This document shows positions 34,882 to 48,556 of a stretch of DNA of 64,000 nt, one piece after another. The notes beneath the pieces are model-generated. The model worked only from the letters and a program-made list of their open reading frames with translations, was not told the DNA's origin and ran no database searches. The stretch lies in the NCBI GenBank assembly GCA_965644295.1, contig CBFFRP010000435.1:201486-265485 (forward strand). The letters run 5' to 3'. This DNA is from Paraphysomonas bandaiensis (Eukaryota > Protista > Chrysophyceae). Position numbers and translations under genes: made by a program. Every line of letters begins with the position of its first letter. Within the stretch, counting starts at the first letter, position 1.

Positions 34882-37280
34882 ATGACTTCAAACACCAATT
34901 CCTCTGACCAGGATGAAGTTCGCCGTAAGTCTCTGCGTCCCTCTCCAGATAGTGATGTGGTCACTAGTGTGATATCAAGCAGATGGGGTCTCTCTCTAAT
35001 TAAATATAAACAACTAGAAAGTTATGATGATTGTAATTACTTCATTGAAGCTTCATCACTCTCAGGTGAACCCTCATGTTACTTGGTGAAGTTCTATAAT
35101 GGAGTGGAGAGTGAGCGGGAAGAGATGCTGAGTGCAATGGGAGAGATGAGTGATGTATTGAGTAGTGGATGCAAACGACAGGGAACAGACACATGCAGTG
35201 ATATTGATATTCCTCACCCAATCCTTTCTTTGTCCTCAAAAAATATTGAAATGATTGATGATTGTCCGATGGCTGCGGGGGGTGTTGGGAAGGTTGCGGT
35301 CAGAGTGTTTACATGGGTTGCGGGAGTCACTCTGAATGCATACGGAAGCACTGATTCGTTACTAGCAGATGTTGGAAGAGCGCTGGGACAAGCCACAAGA
35401 GCTCTTACTGGCTATGATAATGCTGCTTTTCACCGCTACCACGCGTGGGATATGAAGCAATTCGATCATGCTGCACAATTTTTTGAATGCATTGATGACA
35501 ATACTGTGCGACATCTGGTGCAGAAAGTTCACAGATGCTTTCTGGAAGAGATTATACCAGACAGCGCGGCGTTTCCTGAATCAGTACTATTAGGTACTTG
35601 AATATATATACATATTCTGCTCATGTAACCAAAATTGTATGTAGGAGACGTTAACGATGCCAACGTCATTATTCGTGACGATCCGACTTCCTCACTACCA
35701 CGGGTTGCTGGATTAATAGACTTTGGCGATTCTGTGTATAGTTGGACTGTGAATGACATTGCGATAGCCATGGCATATGCACTCTGTACTAGTCACTGTA
35801 GAGAAAGTTCCAATCCGGTTTCCGCGTTGATACTGCTATTGGCAAAGTACTGTGAGCATCGAGGATCTAGTCTGTTAGACATTGAAATAAAGCATTTGCA
35901 GGTACATATTTACTCTTTCGTGCCTACCATGTATTGGTGTGTAGAAATGTTACTTTTCATATGTTGGTGTCAGATCGATTCTGATTGACTACTAATATCA
36001 TGTACAACATCTAGATGTTAATCGGAGTTCGTTTGGCCGCATCCATATCAATGGGTGCTTATTCTATTCAAAAGGACCCCGAAAATGAATATTTGAAGCT
36101 TCATGCTCAGCCGGCGAGAGAAGCTCTAAAGATTCTGATGAGCTTTGACACTGATAAGATAACGAGTGTGTTTTCCCTTGCATGTAAAAGCGTTCAGACT
36201 ACTGGAATCAGCTGTGCCACTTCAGTATTAAGTGAATTAGTTGCTGCCAAACCAATAACCTATTTCCAAACTTGCGAGGACAGCACACCTGCTACTAAGA
36301 AACCTCGACTTGATGAGCCCGTGTCGTCTGATAAACCAGTTCTAACATTCGTTACGGGAAACGCAAAAAAACTAGAAGAAGTAATGCAAATTTTGGGTTG
36401 CGATGACTCATCTCCCGATGCATTTCCGTACCGAATAGTCTCCCGTAAGCTTGATTTGCCAGAACTCCAAGGGTCGCCGGAAGAAGTCAGCAAGGAAAAA
36501 TGCCGTTTGGCGGCTGAGCAGATTAAAGGGCCCGTTATAGTTGAAGACACAAGTTTGTGCTTTAATGCACTGGGAGGGCTCCCAGGGGTTTATATTAAGG
36601 TATTTTTATTTTGATACTGTAATGCCTGGGTGTGGTGCATTGGATTGATAACTGTCTTATACATCACTGTATACTGTAATGGTTAAGTTTTTCTTGTTTT
36701 CGTATGCGATAACATCTACAGTATGTACACTACTTACACGAATATCTGTGTTGTCACTGTGCAGTGGTTTTTGGAGAAGACAGGACATGAGGGTTTAAAT
36801 AACCTTTTGATGGGATACGAAGACAAAACTGCATATGCCCAGTGCATTTTCTCGTTCTCTTATGGCCCAGGAAAGACTACTGACGAGCCATTGTTGTTTG
36901 TGGGTCGATGTCATGGTCAAATTGTACCTGCCAGAGGCCCTAACGCTTTTGGGTGAGTAATGAGCAGGTTGTTGTGGTAAATCCCAATCTATTTTTTGAT
37001 CTACCAGTGTATATTCACGAAAGTTGGGTGTATCAGTGTCCGTGTATTTTTTTGTACACTGTTATCGTGGGATTGTAATTTTGTAGTGTTTTATCTGTGA
37101 GTACTACTTTGCTAACTACACTTCTTCAGTTGGGATCCTATATTTCAGCCCGATGGATATAGTGAGACCTACGCCGAAATGGCATCGACAGTGAAGAACA
37201 CTATCTCTCATCGCTACAGGTCGTTGTGTGCTCTCAAAGATTTCTTCATTTCTGGAAAAGCGCAGAATACAAGTTGTTAG
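34882..37280 (+). CDS. ITPA: Hydroxylysine kinase/APH-family phosphotransferase fused to inosine triphosphate pyrophosphatase (Ham1); 5 exons
   Basis: Exons 34882-35593, 35645-35901, 36015-36599, 36765-36952, 37130-37280. Kinase: [35 protein letters not shown]. ITPase: [43 protein letters not shown]. Confidence 0.9.
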
Positions 37281-37907
37281 TTAGAGCGGTGAGTGTTAAT
37301 CAGATTTTAGTTAAGCATTAATCGAATAGTTTCCTTTATGAAGAAGAGATAATTAATTCTGAAAATCTAAAATAGCGTGACTAGGTAATTCAACCAATTT
37401 GACTAGGTTGAATAATATTTCCCATTTACTATTTTAAATTGTTACTTAGTATGATACTTCTTAATAATATTAATAGTTATTAGTCTACCACGTTCTGTCC
37501 AGTGGATATGTGTTTGCTTGACATAGTGGCCCGACAAGAGACTAAGAAGAACTATATCAGCAGAAAACATTGTCTTCAAGTGACATACTGAATATACGAG
37601 ATACGAGAATATAATCCATAATCCATATATCCATATTCTAATAGTTTGTTCGTCGTTCTTAATTCTTAAAACATGAAACTATGTTAAATTATAAACACGA
37701 AAATGTTCTTATGTAATGAGCTATGTCTATTCCGAGTAAATCTCATATTTCGGTACATATACTTAGCAGTACTGCAATTCCAGAAGGTAGAGACAAGGAT
37801 CCAGATTATATACTTATTACACATAAGATATTATGAAACAAAAAACAACTATAAGACTTCACCAAATACAAACTACTGTAACGGAATATACAGCTGCAGT
37901 TCTATAA

Positions 37908-39120
37908 TTATGAATCAGAAGGATATTTCTTGTATCGTTTGAAAAAGTCAGCGACATATCCTTGAGCACGTTTAGCGTTATACTTGTTCATTTCTACTGT
38001 TCCTCGCTTAGCCTCTTTTACGTATACCTAGCAGCAATATGATTACGCTAATATATATGATATAAAGAATAGTATTTCATCATGTGCATTGCGTAATATA
38101 TTTTTAAGGATACCTTCTGCGCAAGCTTCTTACTCAGTCTCAGCATATCGTCATCTGTCGCTATTTTACCTATGGGATGAACAATGTGAGAATATTCATG
38201 TGATAATGCACTCTGGGAGAGAATATCGCGTGGCGTTGATCATTCACTTGTAAGATTAAGCCTACCTTCTTGACGATAAGGCTTGAGAAATTTACGGATA
38301 TACACCCAGCATGACTTCCACAGAGCCTACGACAGTGTTAAGAAAAGACATTAGTACACGTGCGCCCAAGTGAACATTTTCACAATATATAGCAATGATG
38401 ATACTGCGTTTCAAAACAACAATGCAGAAGCAACTTACAGTAGCAACAACGCATACAACATACTAAGGTACATGCAATGACTCATGAAAAATATATAAAG
38501 GTCATACATACTTTTTCTTGAGGAGTTCCAGGAACAGAAGAAGGAGTAGAATTAGTATCATGTGAGGCACGACTTAAATATTTGGTGGTATCTGAACTAT
38601 CACACTCATGTGGTGGTGTCACAAGCGACTTGTCTTTTCCATTTACATGATTAGGTTCCGGATCTTTTGTTCTATCTACGCGCGTACTTGTTTCATGGTC
38701 CACAGAATCCACATGGTCGCTGCGAGAGCTCTCGAGACAATCTAAAGATGTCGCTACCGGTGCAGTTGAAAGAAGTACATCTTCATTAATATTTTCAACT
38801 GTTGCATCACTAAAACGACTGCGCTTACGCCGTGGAGGTTTGTCAGTATCATCACTAGTCATCACATCCAACATATGGGACGTTTCTTCATTACTACAAT
38901 GAGTATCTTTGTTATCTGATAATACTTTCTCTTCTTCCATTCCATCTCTCTCTGTTGTCTCATCTCTCTCTCCATTTATCTCACTGTCTTTACTGTTACA
39001 TACATGTATATGAGGTGGCACTACTGGAATACTCCAACTCTTATTTTCATCATCATCATTAAAATATTCATCTGCAAATGGATCATATTCATCATTATCA
39101 TCCATGACATCATTTGACAT
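37908..39120 (-). CDS. Acidic low-complexity protein with C-terminal SRI-like (Set2-Rpb1 interacting) helical domain; multi-exon
   Basis: RRKRSRFSD motif. Spliced C-terminus ...IRKFLKPYRQE|GKIATDDDMLRLSKKLAQK|VYVKE...YVADFFKRYKK resembles SRI domains. Confidence 0.55.
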
Positions 39121-39532
39121 GATGAGTAGTGTATGGTATATAAAGTTTGTGGATTGTGAGGTATGTGTGTATAGATTGCTGTCAGATCACTGAGTGATCT
39201 CATACAACAACACTGCACAACACTATACTACCATACATACATAGGTACATACATACACATACACAGGTGTACGTAGGAAGTGTAGGAGTACTGTTATACT
39301 CTGTGCGGTATATATCATACATTACAGTGTTGTACTCCACTGCTACTGTATAGCGCCGTACATGTACATTTTATACCGGTACATGATAGGTATGTATACC
39401 GGTACACCTGCTACACCAGAACTACAGGCACATGTACATGTACAATTGATCGTATGGTTGAGTTCATTGACACCAGTATATATATATGGACAAGCGACAG
39501 TGATATCGCTATAGTGATATTAGAATATTACA

Positions 39533-40342
39533 ATGATAGAAGACACCAATGAGGAATCTAGAATTCAGGATCATGTGTACTTTGGTCCTATAATCGGTCA
39601 TAAAACTGTTTATCAGTTTAACGAAAGAGTGTTTCATGTGAAATGTTTGCAGTCAAATTCTAACGAGTCTGATAGCACTGGATTGAGAATATATGCGGGA
39701 GCGCATGTAGGCATTAGATTCATATCTCAACATCGTGAATTATTAGATGGACGTAGGGTGTGTGAGATCGGATGTGGTGCAGGTGTTGTTGGATTATGTG
39801 CATGCGAATGCACTGACCTGGAGTCTATTGTATTGACTGATGGCAGTACAGAAGCCTTGGCTCTTGCTGAGTACAACATAAATGCTTTTCAAGCTAGATC
39901 GAAAGCATCGTCGCAGACTTTAATATGGGGCGATTGTGATTCCGATTTGAAGCGTTCCAAATTTGATGTGCTCATTGGGTGCGAGTTAATGTATTATAAA
40001 TTAGATATGTCATCGTTAATATCAACAGTGGAGGAATTGCTAAATACGGATGGAATATTTATACATGCTCATATCTTCCGAAAGCCCGACCAAGAGAATG
40101 AGTTGATAGCCAGTTTAGTGTCTATTGGATGGTCGACATTAGAAGTTCCTATAGAATTATTTGTAGATGCTGGAGAATTGAAGCAGCATCCGGACTGGTA
40201 TAATGTGAGATGCCTTGTCTCGTCGAGAACTCAGAATATATTAGACCTTCGTAGTAAATACCCTGCGTGGTTAGAATTTGTTGAGGTTCAGCTTTCTGGG
40301 GATGACAATGAAGAATCAGAACTTGGCAACTTATTCGGATAA
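39533..40342 (+). CDS. METTL21-like lysine methyltransferase (Methyltransf_16)
   Basis: TGLRIYAGA, VCEIGCGAG, LTDG, LIWGD, FDVLIGCELMY. Confidence 0.9.
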   Translation: MIEDTNEESRIQDHVYFGPIIGHKTVYQFNERVFHVKCLQSNSNESDSTGLRIYAGAHVGIRFISQHRELLDGRRVCEIGCGAGVVGLCACECTDLESIVLTDGSTEALALAEYNINAFQARSKASSQTLIWGDCDSDLKRSKFDVLIGCELMYYKLDMSSLISTVEELLNTDGIFIHAHIFRKPDQENELIASLVSIGWSTLEVPIELFVDAGELKQHPDWYNVRCLVSSRTQNILDLRSKYPAWLEFVEVQLSGDDNEESELGNLFG

Positions 40343-40510
40343 TTATTAATTTGTAATTAAAGTTATTAGTTTGTACATGGCCTACATACAATATCATGCC
40401 AAGCATTAGCAACGTTAACTAATCGTTGATTTGACTTACATAGAATGTGAGAATGTGATGCATTACTAAGCAGAATACGATTCTTTTATCACCAGATATA
40501 TAGCACAATA

Positions 40511-40842
40511 CGATACTCTGCCCTAGGCCCAACTCACGGTCAGGACCATCCCAATCTACCCCCTCGCCCATATAACTCAGGTTAGGAACACTAGACTCAC
40601 TCCACAAAGTCCTGCGGTGCCCTACCCCAGTACTTCATAGAGAGCTTCACCCTCACATACAAGAATGGAAGTGACCGCATCTTGGTGCTTTGGTAAGCTT
40701 CTGTAGCGTTACATAGTAGAATAAAAGAATTTGTACTAATTAGTTACAGGTAGAAGTTGATCTAGCTTGAGTAGTCGTCATCTAGCTACTTATGTGGTTA
40801 TGATTCTTGACGTCTACTTCTAACTTCTAATAATAAGACTTT
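40511..40842 (+). mobile_element. Non-LTR-like insertion sharing the family 3' tail
   Basis: The 3' ~170 bp match 28095-28280 and the 5' part differs. 14-bp near-TSD TATATA(G/T)CACAATA at 40497-40510 and 40843-40856. Confidence 0.7.
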
Positions 40843-40981
40843 TATATATCACAATATGAAAGAGTATCTCGAAGCAGCCAAGAAGAAACCATCAATTTTG
40901 ATTCAATATAATACATTGATGGCGTTACTTTCTAGTATCCAGTAAAATATATAACTTATATCTTATATGTTATATATATAA

Positions 40982-41066
40982 CAGGGTTCGGTAACAACAT
41001 AAAATATATTGCAATAGTATTGTTGGTCCCGTTCCAAAACTTCATTAATTGATCAATAGTATAGGG
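40982..41066. mobile_element. Truncated hAT MITE copy
   Basis: CAGGGTTCGGTAACAA..AATATATTGCAATAGTATTGTTGG matches the 27436 element. Confidence 0.55.
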
Positions 41067-41403
41067 AAAAGGAATACCGTTCCTGGTCTAGATTTCAAAA
41101 CTCGGGCTTTTCGCCCTTGTTTATTTGGAGCTTTGAGCGCTGAACGATATGGTCTACTTATAACAATACGGGCAAATAAGTAAAATAGAATTTATTCTTA
41201 ACGTGTGATGTCATTAGCTCAAGTTCAAATATCGTCATCACCAATAATGAGCCACTCTTCTTCATTGGGCAAAACATAATGTACAATATCTATACTCTTG
41301 CCTATAACGTTTACTAATATAAATTGATATACCCTTTTCAATATTACCATATACGTAAATTCCATGTATATATTCCGTCAAAAATGTACATAGATTAAGT
41401 AAT

Positions 41404-41994
41404 CTACTCATGGCCGGACGACTTCAAATCTCGTCGTGGGAAAAAATGAGGGGGAACAGGTGCGGCAACATGCTTCTTCGCATGGGTACTGAAAGGACCA
41501 AGACACTTTTCAATTCCCATAAACCGCACAAATTCATACTTATTGGATAAGCCCCCTCCCTTCCTTCGAACACATCGACCCCAACATTCAAAGGAAACAA
41601 GCACCCGGGGCAGAGCCTCGTTGCCATTAGTATGTGGTCCCATTGGAGGAATTCTCTCTCCTAATGCACCTTGAATAGTTTCGTATACAAATGCGTCATT
41701 AGTGATTCTATTATGAGATGAGTTATTATACACGGAATTGTTCAATATATCAACGAGAAGATGCGTTCCGTCAGGACACTTTTTGAATGATAGAATACGA
41801 TAACATCTCCTGCTCTCAAACCTGCTCACATGTTCTGCGCAGTGGCCATTAAACGAAAATGATTCGACCCCTCCTCGACGTGAGTGTGTAGGTTTGGACT
41901 TCTTCTGACTTCTGTTATTTTCTTTGGCAGGAGATGATTTCTCGATCTCGTTATAGAGTTCAGTGACTCTTCGTATGATATTTCCCTCATGCAT
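41404..41994 (-). CDS. Hypothetical protein
   Basis: 196-aa ORF divergent from the reductase gene; no recognised motif. Confidence 0.45.
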   Translation of the reverse strand: MHEGNIIRRVTELYNEIEKSSPAKENNRSQKKSKPTHSRRGGVESFSFNGHCAEHVSRFESRRCYRILSFKKCPDGTHLLVDILNNSVYNNSSHNRITNDAFVYETIQGALGERIPPMGPHTNGNEALPRVLVSFECWGRCVRRKGGGLSNKYEFVRFMGIEKCLGPFSTHAKKHVAAPVPPHFFPRRDLKSSGHE

Positions 41995-42402
41995 GATTGA
42001 TATATCTCCGTCTTACTTCACTACACAGAGATAATATTACTATTATATGTGTATATACTTTTAAATAGTGAGGTATGTGGAGGACTGATCAAGTTGTTAT
42101 ATATGGCTGGTTATACATACATACATATGTATGTTGATCATAGGTCATCAGTTTTATATATCAATTTGGCGACTGTTGATTAGATATGTACAGGGTACCT
42201 ATCTACGTACCTAATGTACCTGCATACATAGGTACATGGGTACGTATATTAGTCACACTGCTTTCTGGATACTGATGTATCTACAGCATATTAGCATATA
42301 GCTATATGCTATGGTGCTGTCTGTACGTATGTAGATGGCAGTGCTCGATGATATGATAGCTATGAATATTATTACTCTTAACTATAAACGTATCATCACC
42401 TT

Positions 42403-43203
42403 ATGATAGTTATCACGAATTACGGTCATCCATATGACACTGTACTATTGGTGGCCTATACAACAGCTCTCCTATCAGCCCTAGCATCCGTATTTGTCAT
42501 AGCTCCATATGGAAGATTCGCAACACAGTCTTTTGGTATTGAATTAAATCCAAAATTTGGATGGTGGCTAATGGAAATAATGGCAACTGTATCTTTCTTA
42601 TATTTCTATCCACAAGGTCCTAATGCATCTAAACCTGTTCCACTGATATTTGCTGTGCTTTATCTTATTCATTATGCCAATAGAGGTTGGTACTTCCCTC
42701 TTAATATTCGTGTAGCACCTGGATCGAAATCATCGTTTTCAATATCTGTTGCTTTATCTGGATTTTTTGTGACAACAATGCATGGATACTTGAACGCTAT
42801 GTGGTATTCAAAGTATTGTACGTACTTAGATTGGGACTGGATGACCTCTCCCACATGTATATTTGGTTTACTACTTTACGAAATGTCATTTTGGTCAACT
42901 ATATATTGTGAGCATATAATTCGCAATCTTCGAGATAAGGTTGCAGTAAAAAATGAAGCTTCCAGATATAAAATACCGAAGGGTTTCCTTTTCGAATATG
43001 TTTCAAGTCCCCAGTACTTTACTGAAATTTTAGGATTCCTTGGATGGGCTATTATGACCTGGAGTCCTGCCGGGCTTTTTATCTTTTTAATATCTGCAGC
43101 TAATCTTGTACCGCGAGCTGTAGGGACACATAAGTGGTATCAAGAAAAGTTCAAGGAAGAATATCCTTCCAAGAGGAAGGCTCTGATACCTTTTATTTGG
43201 TAG
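42403..43203 (+). CDS. 3-oxo-5-alpha-steroid 4-dehydrogenase (SRD5A/DET2 family)
   Basis: APYGRF, GWWLME, HYANR, YKIPKGFLFEYVSSPQYFTE, ANLVPRA..HKWY..KF..YP..RKALIPFIW. Confidence 0.93.
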   Translation: MIVITNYGHPYDTVLLVAYTTALLSALASVFVIAPYGRFATQSFGIELNPKFGWWLMEIMATVSFLYFYPQGPNASKPVPLIFAVLYLIHYANRGWYFPLNIRVAPGSKSSFSISVALSGFFVTTMHGYLNAMWYSKYCTYLDWDWMTSPTCIFGLLLYEMSFWSTIYCEHIIRNLRDKVAVKNEASRYKIPKGFLFEYVSSPQYFTEILGFLGWAIMTWSPAGLFIFLISAANLVPRAVGTHKWYQEKFKEEYPSKRKALIPFIW

Positions 43204-43368
43204 ATATTTTCGCTATACAGAACTATTTACTCCCTACTTGTGGCTTTGTGATAGTGTTGTAAGTAAATATGCACGAATAGAAAATTTAAGTAAAATTTCT
43301 TAGTGCTGACAATATTTTAAATTGTCAATGAATGAAGAGACAAAAAGTATAGAGATAGCTATAAGATT

Positions 43369-46300
43369 TGTTAGAAATAGACATTTTTAGTAATAAGACC
43401 TTTGTTAACACTTATATGGAATATTATATAATTATAAGAGATACCATACTTCATTCATTGACGTTCACCAACTCTTTCTATCTCTACTACACCAACCATT
43501 TCTAGTACGATCTTACATCGTCACTATCTTGTACAGTCAGTATATTTCAGTTTTATCACTACAATGGCTATCATATTATTGGTTCTCATACTACAGCTAG
43601 CTACTACTGTATTCTTTGAGTAACGGATATAATTCTAATATCTTGGAAACTACAGCTTTTAATTGCTCACAAACAGCAAAACTCAACACTCCCTCTCAAT
43701 TCAAAGCTGTAACACATGGCATAACTGACGGATACGCAACCACCGAAACCGTATAGGACAAACCGGTGGACGTATGGCTCCGACGTTTCAGCTAGCCTCT
43801 CCGTAGACAACACGTTTATGAGCCTCTGTTTCGTTTGTATGAATTCTCTCTGATGACATCCACAGATGACTTCTGATCTTCTCCTAGACATCTCTTTCTA
43901 TGCTTCTCGTATATAACGCCACACAAAGATTTCGTAAATATGTCTGCAGTCTGGTTATCAGTTCCAACGTGATACAATATCGCAGTGTTAAAACGTCCTT
44001 CTGGATCTACATGTTCACGCACCCAGTGGTATTTGATTTCAATGTGTTTTGATCTTTTGTGGAACACTGGATTTAATGCTAGATCACGAGCACTCTGGCT
44101 ATCTAAAAAAAATGGAGTGGGTTCGTACAGTCGAAGTCCCAATTCGGCCAACACCCCCGAAGCCACACCAGTTCTTGCATGCCAGCGTACATAGCTTGGT
44201 ACTCACTCTGCATTGAAGACGTAGACACAGTAACTTGTAAGATTGATTGCCAGGTGAGTGGTCCACCTGCTGCAAACACAATGTATCCAGTTGTCGACCT
44301 TCGTGACACAGTATCGCCTGCCCAGTCAGCGTCTGTGAAAATATGCATGTCAAAGCTCTTACCACTGAACCGAATACCTTTCCGCACAGTACCCCTGATG
44401 TATTGTAACAAATAAGTCATCAACTTGCATGTAGCCTTTGTTGGTTTCGAAGCATATCGTGACAATAGGCCAACAGCATACGCAATATCTGGACGCGTAT
44501 TCATTGATAGATATAGCATGGCACCTAGTAAGCTACGATAGGGATAATTGTCGACTCCCTCTTCCTCCTGAGATGAGTTCTCACTATCAGTGCAATTAAT
44601 CCTGTCCATGGCATCTACAGGTAGTGGGGATTTGCGAACTTTGTTTGAAGGTCCAAGGAATGCTGCATATTTGGTGAGAATTTTTTCAGCGTATGTCGAT
44701 TGGTCAAGTTGAATATAATTCTTGGTCCTTGTAACTCGAACGTTGAGAAAATGCTCTAATTCTCCCATGTCTGACATGTCAAATCTTTCACAAAACCGTT
44801 TCTTGATTTCTGTCAAAATAGTCAGATCCGCACAAGCGATTACTATATCATCAACGTATATGGTTAAGTACACACGATGACCTTTGTACATCATATAATA
44901 TAGACATGGTTCTAAAATGCAGGGTTTGAATCCCAAAGACTTTATAAATCCATGTATGGTCTTCCACCATGAACGTGGAGAACTCCGAAGGCCATATAGT
45001 GAGCGATATAGTTTGAAACAGTGTCCTGGTGGCAACTGAAAATCGGGAGGAGGGTCCATGTACACGTCTCCTTCGATTTTAGCATAACAGAATGCATTCG
45101 ACACGTCAAGTTGATGGATGTGCATACTAAACATGAAAGCAAGGGCAATGATTAGTCTAACCGTAATCGATTTCACCACAGGAGCAAATGTATTTTCGAC
45201 GTCTATACCTGTCCTTTGACCATATCCCAGAGCGACCAGACGAGCTTTATGCTTTTTTATTGATCCATCTTTATTGTATTTTCGTTTGAACACATATCTG
45301 GACTTTAGAGGTCTAACACCAGGTGGCGTCTCAACGACATTAAACACTTCCCGCTTGAATAATGCATTCCGTTCTAATCGTCTAGCTTCCTTCCAATTTG
45401 AAGCTTCAGGACATGTCAATGACTCTTCATACGTCTCAGGCTCTCTATAAGTAGACGAGTTAGACATAAGTGCGCAATCACTCTCATCACACAAGTTAAC
45501 AATCTCCTCGTCATGGAGAAGGTTTACCTCACCCAGGGTGGACACATTAGTCAACACCCTTCGGATTCGCGTACGTTTACCACTGGTCTCCCTTGACTCA
45601 GCATGTACAGTACCACTATTCTCACTTGGCACACAAGAAGGTACATTCTCAAAGACACGATTCGCGCTGACCCCACTCGGTACAGCACCCGCACTACTCT
45701 CCGGCAAAGTACGAAGGGACATTCTCTTCCCTGGAATCTCATCCGCCGTAGACTTATTGGGCGTGTCACCCGAAGCCGGCGTAGATGACGATCCACCTCT
45801 CTTGTCGTCACAAGAACGAGGTTTTGAGTACAGCCTGCGGTTATAGTCACCAGTCAACTCGGCAATATCACGTACGTGAATAGGGACTTTTTCTTCTATC
45901 TGCTCTTTCCCAGCAGTTACTAGCGCCCTAAACGCCACAATTAGTCCTTTTCGCACCACAACTCTCGTAGTCTTGAAGAGAAACCCGTCGTCCACATGAT
46001 ACGAACCAATCAGATGTTTAAACTCTTCAACTGATCGATCTAATGGGTCAGTTTTGACTAAGGCCTCTTCAAGCTCTGCATAGTACTCCTTATCTCTTGG
46101 AGGTATACTTTCATCATACAGAACATGTACTGATACGACTTCTTTGTCACCAAGCCACACACGGGATCCCTTTTTCGTATTGGATAGACCTATGAAATAC
46201 CCAGTCTGCGACTTCTCCTGCCAGTCCTTTCGACGATCACCTTTGGGAATAAGCACATAAGCCTTGCACCCCCAGCGTCGAAATCTCGATAAGTCAGGGA

Positions 46301-48258
46301 CTGAACCTCCTGGGACGCATTCCATTGGAGACATCCAACCTCGATATGTACGTGTAGGCATTCGTCGAACTATCATGCATGCATATACATAAGCATCCCA
46401 CCAAAAAATTACGGGTAATCCTGAGTCCATTAACAGAGCCAGAGTCATTTCTCCCAATGTTCGATTCCTACGCTCAGATACACCATTCATCTCAGGGCTG
46501 TCTGTGGAGCTCCAAGTGATGCTAGTTCCAAACTTGCTCATTAAGTATTGCTGAATGGACTTGTCGATCAACTCAGCCCCCCATCCGAATGGTACTGTAT
46601 CAACCGGTGTGAACCGGGATATGTAGGGAGTTTACGCTCAACCCAGTCCTTCACGCAACTCAACACCTCATTCGCAGACCGTGTCTCCAACGGATATTCC
46701 CAAAACTCCTTGGTGGCTATATCTGATAATGTCAGAACATATTTGTATCCTTGTCTGGATGGGCAATTGAAATATACAGCAATGTCCACAGAAACCTTCT
46801 CAAGGAACTCTGTAGCTTGCAGTTCGTCATCTCTCTTTGCGGTGAATGATTTCCTTGTCATCTTTGATTTTGCGCAAGCTTTACAAATACCTTTCATTTT
46901 TCGTAAACTCTTCTTGCTGAGATGTCGTCGGGTTAATCCGCTCCCGGTAAAAAGTCTGTGTTTAAACGCTTCAATCAGCTTATGTTTGCTGACGTGTCCA
47001 CAGCGCTTGTGTAACATCTCTAACGGATCTTCATGCACCTTGTCGGACAAATATACTTCCTCCAGCATTGTCAAATTTGGAAGATCAAGTATTTCCTGTA
47101 AATTTACATAAGGCATTCCGTTGCTTGAGTAGGTTGCCTCCAATACAGTCTCCCCAGTATCAAGTCGCACAACAGTGGGCTTGTTCAACAACTGCAATCC
47201 ATACCCGTGAGAACGGAGTATTCCTCCAGAGCAGATATTCTTGACTGATCCAGGGCAGATCTTGATGTCAGTCCAATCGCCAAAGCCTCCAGTTTCCTCA
47301 TAGTGTAAACTGGATCCAGCTCTGGTTGTCTGTATATTTCCATCCTCCTTCTTGACCGTATGAAGGAAATTTCTGTCCTTAACAATGAACAGTTTATTAG
47401 AGGCACAGCTGTCTAAATACACGGGTTCATCGGAAGTGTGTAGCACCTCTTCAGAGACACATGAATCATCATGCGGTTCCTCATACATAATCATGTTCAC
47501 AGAGTCCGAATCTTCCTCTTGCTCCTCTCTCCGCAAAAAACGATTCCAATCTGTGCGTTTTGCAGGCTTTTCGTCCAAAAATGGCCGGTTTTTGTCTCCT
47601 TGGGCAGAGTCACTACGTACTTGAGCACGAAATTTGCACTTATACGCACGATGTCTGGTGTCTCCACATACATAGCAGCCATCTGATTTTTTCTTCTCGT
47701 TGTTGTCTCTGCGACTCTCAGATCGATTCCTAGCGCCACGACTCTTTCCCTGCCTTCTTAATTTCGCGATCTTAAGGTCTCTCTTCTTCTTCCAGCACGA
47801 TTTCTGTGAGTGACCCCGTTTGCCACATTTGGGATAGCTGCACACCTCATTTTCATCAGCAGTGGAATTCATGTTTACTTCGTCGGTGCCTTCTTTCGGG
47901 ACACCTTTTGCCTGATCGTATCTCCTGCATATGGTGATCATATCAATAAAGGTTATGTCACCTTGTAGGTAGAGATTGGTGTACAATTGCTCCAAATCGC
48001 TTCGTGTTTCGAGGGCAGTCTGTAACTTCGTTTTTTTTAGCGATGTCAGTGGGTGGTTCCCCCAACTCGGACATTTTTTGACAGATGCCGTTTAGTCGAT
48101 CGATTGCTGCGCACACGAGTTCCCCCGGTAGAATTTTGAATCCTGCAAACTTCTTATTCAATTCAACTAATTCATATTGGATTTCCCCTCGAAACCGAAC
48201 AATTAACCTAGAGATGAGTTCACTCGCTAACTGCTCTTTATCAGGATGGTCCTGCGGG
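43369..48258 (-). mobile_element. Ty1/Copia LTR retrotransposon, 5' part displaced by nested insertions
   Basis: 3' LTR 43369-43688 (TGTTGAG...CTAACA), PPT 43689-43699. Gag zinc knuckles, protease YLDSCAS, HHCC (LHKRCGH..CKAC), integrase D-D-E, RT KARLVALG/YVDD, RNase H DADWAG/KHIEIK. Confidence 0.95.
43816..48258 (-). CDS. Copia gag-pol polyprotein, broken by three single-base homopolymer frameshifts
   Basis: ORFs 47958-48161, 46568-47995, 44103-46571 and 43816-44166 join once the runs at ~48035, ~46580 and ~44156 are corrected by one base. Confidence 0.85.
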
Positions 48259-48556
48259 TGTAGTTGTTCTTAAGAACAACGTATGCTCAAGCAAAAACAA
48301 CACTGATCTATAACGTTTTAAAAAGATTTTAAGTGCACGCCAGCGGGCTGCTACACTGTTAAGCTCACCAGCGGGTGATGCTCCTCAACTCAGACGCAAA
48401 CCGCGAAAGAATTTAAATAAATCGTTATTTAAAACGTGTAATAGAAAAGTGAGTAACACTGCTATACAACTCTACAGTAACACACACATACAACATCATG
48501 TTCAGCATTTCACTTCAGCACACAACACACCAGATCAGAAGTATTTTATCCGGTAC
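48259..48556 (-). mobile_element. Truncated LTR (298 bp) of element family B, inserted in Copia gag
   Basis: Matches the left 298 bp of the LTRs at 54013 and 59011 with about 4 differences. Confidence 0.93.

Noticed and set aside
5753-43203. Dolichol/sterol pathway cluster (polyprenol kinase-like plus SRD5A-like)
   Set aside because: The genes are 33 kb apart with unrelated genes between, and the reductase looks DET2/SRD5A1-like rather than clearly a polyprenol reductase.
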